This document shows positions 10,400 to 14,118 of a DNA stretch of 14,118 nucleotides, one piece after another. This DNA comes from Octopus sinensis (Eukaryota): NCBI RefSeq assembly GCF_006345805.1, contig NW_021825867.1, positions 1 through 14,118 of the forward strand, given 5' to 3'. The notes beneath the pieces were generated by a model, which did no database searches, was not told where the DNA came from, and saw only the letters and a list, made by a program, of their open reading frames with translations. How positions within the stretch are numbered: the first letter of the stretch is position 1; each line of letters begins with the position of its first letter. The position numbers were made by a program, and so were the translations under genes.

Positions 10400-11460
10400 T
10401 TCTACAGTTAAAGATACCGATAAATCATTAAGAAACGTTGATATAATAATACATATCCACAGCTCTTGATAATATACAGACATCTTTTTCATAATGTGTT
10501 AGACTCTGCAATATATTAAACCTGACAAACTGTACAAAGGAAAAATCACTTTATCTATACAACTTTTTCTTCAAACAGACGATCAACTCAGATTAAAGCA
10601 TGCCATACAATTCCGGTACTACTGATCAAACTAGAACAAAAAGTTTGCATCATACTAGTCTATAAGGCTTTGGAAAATCTTAGAGTTACAAACATAGACG
10701 AATAACTTAAAGACTTACTGTAAGATCAATGCCTATAAAAACAGATATCCTCACAACAGTGGACAATTATTTAGTAGGAAACTTAAACACGTATGGAATT
10801 ATTAAACACATGACACTAATAAAATATAGGAACATGACAAACGTAATTCGTTCGTAATCATAAAGATGAGTATATTGTAAAAATTAAACAATTTACACGC
10901 TGAAAACGAATTTATAAGGATTCAGAAAGATAACATCAACCAGTTTAAACTTAATAAAGGTTTTACAGTGATAAACTCACAAACACCTCTTACACCACAC
11001 TAAAGTAGAATTCCCTATAGCACTGGAATAATGAAAATACGTCGGTGAGATAGTTATTCAATGAGGGCATAGATATCTTAGAAGATGCCAACGATGCAGA
11101 CAGTTCACTCTTAGAGGCAGGAAGTTTGTTTACCGACGATCCAGTGGCAGAAAAAAGTATTGAATAATATATATAAACACACAAGAAGAAAACGATGATA
11201 GAAAATATATTGAAGCAATTATTAGTATCCTCGACAAAAAAACCCCACTCATTCACAGTATACATGGTAATATATAATAATATTAGGTATAAAAAAATAA
11301 TTGAATATCCACGTGTTTCATGCAACAAATGCATCAAATACTCAATCGATTACAATATAGCAAACCACACGTAAATTATATGTACCAAATGCCTACATAG
11401 AAGACATGAACACATCATAAAGATATTAACAGAAGAAAAAATGCGTTACCCTAATAGAAA
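10400..11460 (+). mobile_element. Decayed non-LTR retrotransposon ORF1 (gag-like RRM plus zinc knuckles); boundaries approximate
   Basis: Strong A-rich plus-strand bias. 10711-10857 reads RLTVRSMPIKTDILTTVDNYLVGNLNTYGIIKHM (ORF1 RRM-like: V..P....L..YG.I). 11300-11410 reads IEYPRVSCNKCIKY...NHT*IICTKCLHRRH (tandem C-x2-C, the second with C-x2-C-x4-H). Many stops. Confidence 0.55.
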
Positions 11461-12012
11461 AATTAACACTAATAATATGTAATGTATTAATCGGAATGCT
11501 GTCCTCATTTTGGTTGAGGACACCACTGCGACTACTACATAACATAAAATTCTTCATCTAAGAAAAAAAAAGAAAAAAGAAAACAGAATTGTACTAATAA
11601 TATACTACAAAAACACTAAAGTGAAAACCCTTAGCACCTTGATAACAGTTGAAAATTTTTGGCCTCCGACATCAAGGATTACATTTTCCAGGTTGCTCAA
11701 GCCTATTTAAAGTTTTAAGAAACTAGGCTGCAATCTGGATATTTGCCCACTCTCTCTACTGGATCAGCGCAGGTAAACTCGCAGGTGCACCTCTTTGTTG
11801 ATGATTTTATCGATGTCACAATGATTAGGAATTGCATGGGAAATAAATATGTGTCGTCGAATGAGTGAAGCCTATTGCATTAATAGTATTTCTATTATAA
11901 ACCCGCGAGCAATGATATGTAATGCCGTCATCAACTTTGCGAATTTGAACTCAAAACACGAAAGGTAAGCCACAAAATACAGAAACTCATTTAGCTTGGA
12001 GGCCAAATGCAT

Positions 12013-12292
12013 CTGCGTAAACAAAACAACACTAGTTTCAAACGGTGGGTGGGTGCAACAAAGACATAGACACAGACACATGAACACACGCACGCACGCA
12101 CATACACTCAAACACACAGACAGATATACATACGCACATATACTTGGCTACAAATCCACTCAAAATGCCTTGGTCGGTCCGGGGCTATGATAAAATAGAA
12201 GATAATTGGTCAAGGTGCCACACAGTGGAACCGAATCCGAAGCCACGTTGCTGCAATGTAAGCTTCTTAACCACGCAGCTGAGCCTGAATCT
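12013..12292 (-). mobile_element. SINE, 5' two-thirds, diverged
   Basis: cgtaaacaaaacaacac...(CA-rich)...caaatccactcaaaatgccttggtcggtccggggctat...caaggtgccacacagtggaaccgaatccg...cttcttaaccacgcagc is homologous to 2615-2911. Confidence 0.8.
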
Positions 12293-12649
12293 CATTATGA
12301 AATTACCTTCTTTCAAAAAAATAACTCAGTTTATTTCGTGACAGGACAAATAAAATCTAACAAATTTCACACACAGTTTGAACTCCAGGCACCAGTAGCA
12401 CAATAGTTCAGATCTATAAGTGGTGTCAAGCAGGCCCCGTGTCAACAATTTGATTAAGGCGGATTATAGTATGAGAAAGAGACTTAACTATTGCCGTTTG
12501 ATATTTATCAAGGCTTTATTCTTTTAAGCCAAACAGGCTTCTGAGAGCATAGTGGACATATGAAATCTCATTAGATACGCATAAAAAATGGACTAATTTC
12601 TAGAAAAGAAAATTGGATATATATTTTGATGCGTATCTATGCCGGTGTA

Positions 12650-12737
12650 TACACACACACACAACACACACACACACACACACAACACGCACGCACCACA
12701 CACACACACACAAACACGCAGCACACACACACACACA
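12650..12737. repeat. Interrupted (CA)n microsatellite
   Basis: Directly visible. Confidence 0.95.
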
Positions 12738-12743
12738 ACGTAC

Positions 12744-12895
12744 GCAGTCGAACGAAACGACCCCACGACTTTCTTTGTAACTTGTTTAATGGTGTTAAAC
12801 CTGTTTGGAAACACGGACGTAAACACACCAACATCGGATGTCAGGTGATGGTGGGGGTCAAACACAGACACACACACTCACACACACATATATAT
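12744..12895 (-). mobile_element. SINE internal fragment, truncated at its internal CA/TA tract
   Basis: agtcgaacgaaacgacccc...ggacgtaaacacaccaacatcggatgtcaggtgatggtgggggtcaaacacagacac is homologous to 2530-2700. The expected head is replaced by the LRRC42-like fragment. Confidence 0.78.
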
Positions 12896-13183
12896 ATGGA
12901 CAATGTGGACTTGGTTGAATCCTTCCAACACTTTCCTGACCTTCTTGGTAAAGAAATCTTCCTTGCTGCCGAACGCAATGAACAATTGGCTCAACCAGAT
13001 CCTACTGTTATCCAACGTCTTGAACTCTTTTCCAAAGCCTTCAGCACTGAATTCCTACAGAGTTTATATTTAAGTCGAGAACATCTGCTGGTGAACTATT
13101 TGTCTGATGATTTCCATCTGTTTGTTGGTGTGCAGTCCTTGAACCTCAGCCACTGTGGATTATCTGATGACCATGAAATTATA
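12896..13183 (+). pseudogene. LRRC42: Captured/retrocopied fragment of a leucine-rich repeat-containing protein 42-like coding sequence (96 open codons)
   Basis: MDNVDLVESFQHFPDLLGKEIFLAAERNEQLAQPDPTVIQRLELFSKAFSTEFLQSLYLSREHLLVNYLSDDFHLFVGVQSLNLSHCGLSDDHEII is colinear with human LRRC42 as I recall it (DNVDHIDSLIGFPEQIAEKLFSAAE...LQKFTEAYGSLVLCSLCL...LTCLDLSCCKLGDEHELL). There is no polypyrimidine/AG acceptor upstream or GT donor downstream; both ends run into TA tracts. Confidence 0.8.
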
Positions 13184-13230
13184 TATACATATATATATAT
13201 AATTTCATGGTCATCAGATAATCCACAGTG
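13151..13230. repeat. Perfect 37-bp inverted repeat (fold-back) with 6-nt loop
   Basis: 13151-13187 cactgtggattatctgatgaccatgaaattatatata is the exact reverse complement of 13194-13230; loop catata. Confidence 0.97.
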
Positions 13231-13284
13231 CCCCACCATGGCCGCAGCCTTCGGGCTAAAACATTTTTAAGGATTTAAGGATTT
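13228..13284 (+). mobile_element. SINE/LINE 3' tail with UUCG stem-loop and short tandem (taaggatt) end
   Basis: gtgccccaccatggccgcagccttcgggctaaaacatttttaaggatttaaggattt shares catggccgcag...aaac with the other SINE tails in this window. Confidence 0.65.
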
Positions 13285-13342
13285 ATATATACATACATGT
13301 ATATATATACATACATAATATATATATATATATATACATATC

Positions 13343-13550
13343 TGTGACCGCGTGTGTACTGTTGGCGATTTTTTTTCCTCCGTCTTCCCTTCTCTGGATC
13401 TTTCCTTTTCCTATGTTTCTGACGAAGAGCTCCGCTCGAAACGTAAAACCCTCCTTCTTCCCTTCCTTCCTGAGCGTCCAATAATACTATTTTTGTTCTA
13501 CGCCCTCGCGTTGTTGTGGTTTCTCTTTGTGTTTTCATGTTTGGATTAAC
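13343..13550 (+). mobile_element. ~207 bp hammerhead-bearing element in (TA)n (copy 2)
   Basis: Inverted homologue of 3001-3207 with the same two termini; ends ggattaac-(TA)n. Confidence 0.8.
13415..13449 (+). ncRNA. Minimal type I hammerhead ribozyme motif with intact core
   Basis: GUUU CUGACGA A GAGC ucc GCUC GAAA CG UA^ AAAC. Core CUGANGA 13419-13425, GAAA 13438-13441, GUA triplet 13443-13445, stem I GUUU/AAAC, stem II 4 bp, palindromic ACGU in place of a full stem III. Confidence 0.75.
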
Positions 13551-13603
13551 TATATATATACATATATATATCAGCAACAAAATTATCCAGAATTGATTAT
13601 TTG

Positions 13604-14117
13604 TATAGACATTGATATTGTTATTATTATCGAGGACAAAACAAGTAGTCCATAATAACAACAATACTAATATGGATGGTAGCATGCCTAAATCAGCGCT
13701 ATATAGTTATGGAATTAAAATTGTATTAATCAGAGGACGCATTGAAGTGTCTACCCGCTAGAAATAAGAGTTAAAACCCTCATTTGTCCCCCCTTCCACA
13801 AATTACACTGAAAATAACAGATACAACAATATACGCCGCACGAGCGAACCGGAAGGAGAGCTCTCACATAGAATAAAGCAATATATTTAATGGAACAGGT
13901 ATATATGTGGACCGGTTTCTGGTTTGACACGATGTTCTTACTTTCTTTAGCACTTCTTAACATTTAGAAGCATCCTCCCAGTTGAAATCTACTGGCATCC
14001 AAAATGTGCATAGCTTCAGTGTGAAAGTATTATATAGATATTAATATTGCTATTATTATCGAATCAATACAAATGTCCATAATAACAACAATAATAATAT
14101 AGGTGGTTGCAGGTCTA
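13604..14117. repeat. Diverged direct repeat (~85 bp seen twice, period ~430 bp), runs off window end
   Basis: 13604-13690 tatagacattgatattgttattattatcga...gtccataataacaacaatactaatat aligns with 14033-14117 tatagatattaatattgctattattatcga...gtccataataacaacaataataatat. Confidence 0.8.
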
Positions 14118-14118
14118 G

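Noticed and set aside
10990-11337. 115-aa minus-strand ORF
   Set aside because: It is the antisense shadow of the A-rich decayed ORF1; no recognisable motif.
13163-13178. ctgatga-ccat-gaaa as a hammerhead core
   Set aside because: There is no room for stem II, and it is explained as codons S-D-D-H-E of the LRRC42-like fragment.
12626-13270. 214-aa ORF as an intact gene
   Set aside because: The first 90 codons are (CA)n and SINE sequence and the tail is the fold-back; only 12896-13183 is protein-like.

Overview
AT-rich, microsatellite-saturated eukaryotic DNA with no intact host gene. The SINE family and repeat landscape resemble octopus (coleoid cephalopod) genomic DNA; this is recognition from memory, not a database result. 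Almost all ORF-track entries are simple-repeat artefacts. Supported content: (i) two complementary halves of a decayed Tc1/mariner transposon on opposite strands (803-1455 +, 3650-4200 -), consistent with a ~2.8 kb inversion between inverted SINE tails; (ii) several tRNA-derived SINE copies or fragments; (iii) two inverted copies of a ~207 bp (TA)n-embedded element, each with a minimal type I hammerhead ribozyme motif like those of Penelope-like elements; (iv) an open 96-codon LRRC42-like fragment lacking splice sites, set between TA tracts and ending in a perfect 37-bp fold-back joined to a SINE/LINE tail; (v) a Helentron/DINE-1-like non-autonomous element; (vi) heavily decayed LINE remnants (RTE-like RT C-terminus; gag-like ORF1); (vii) a ~430 bp-period direct repeat at the right edge.
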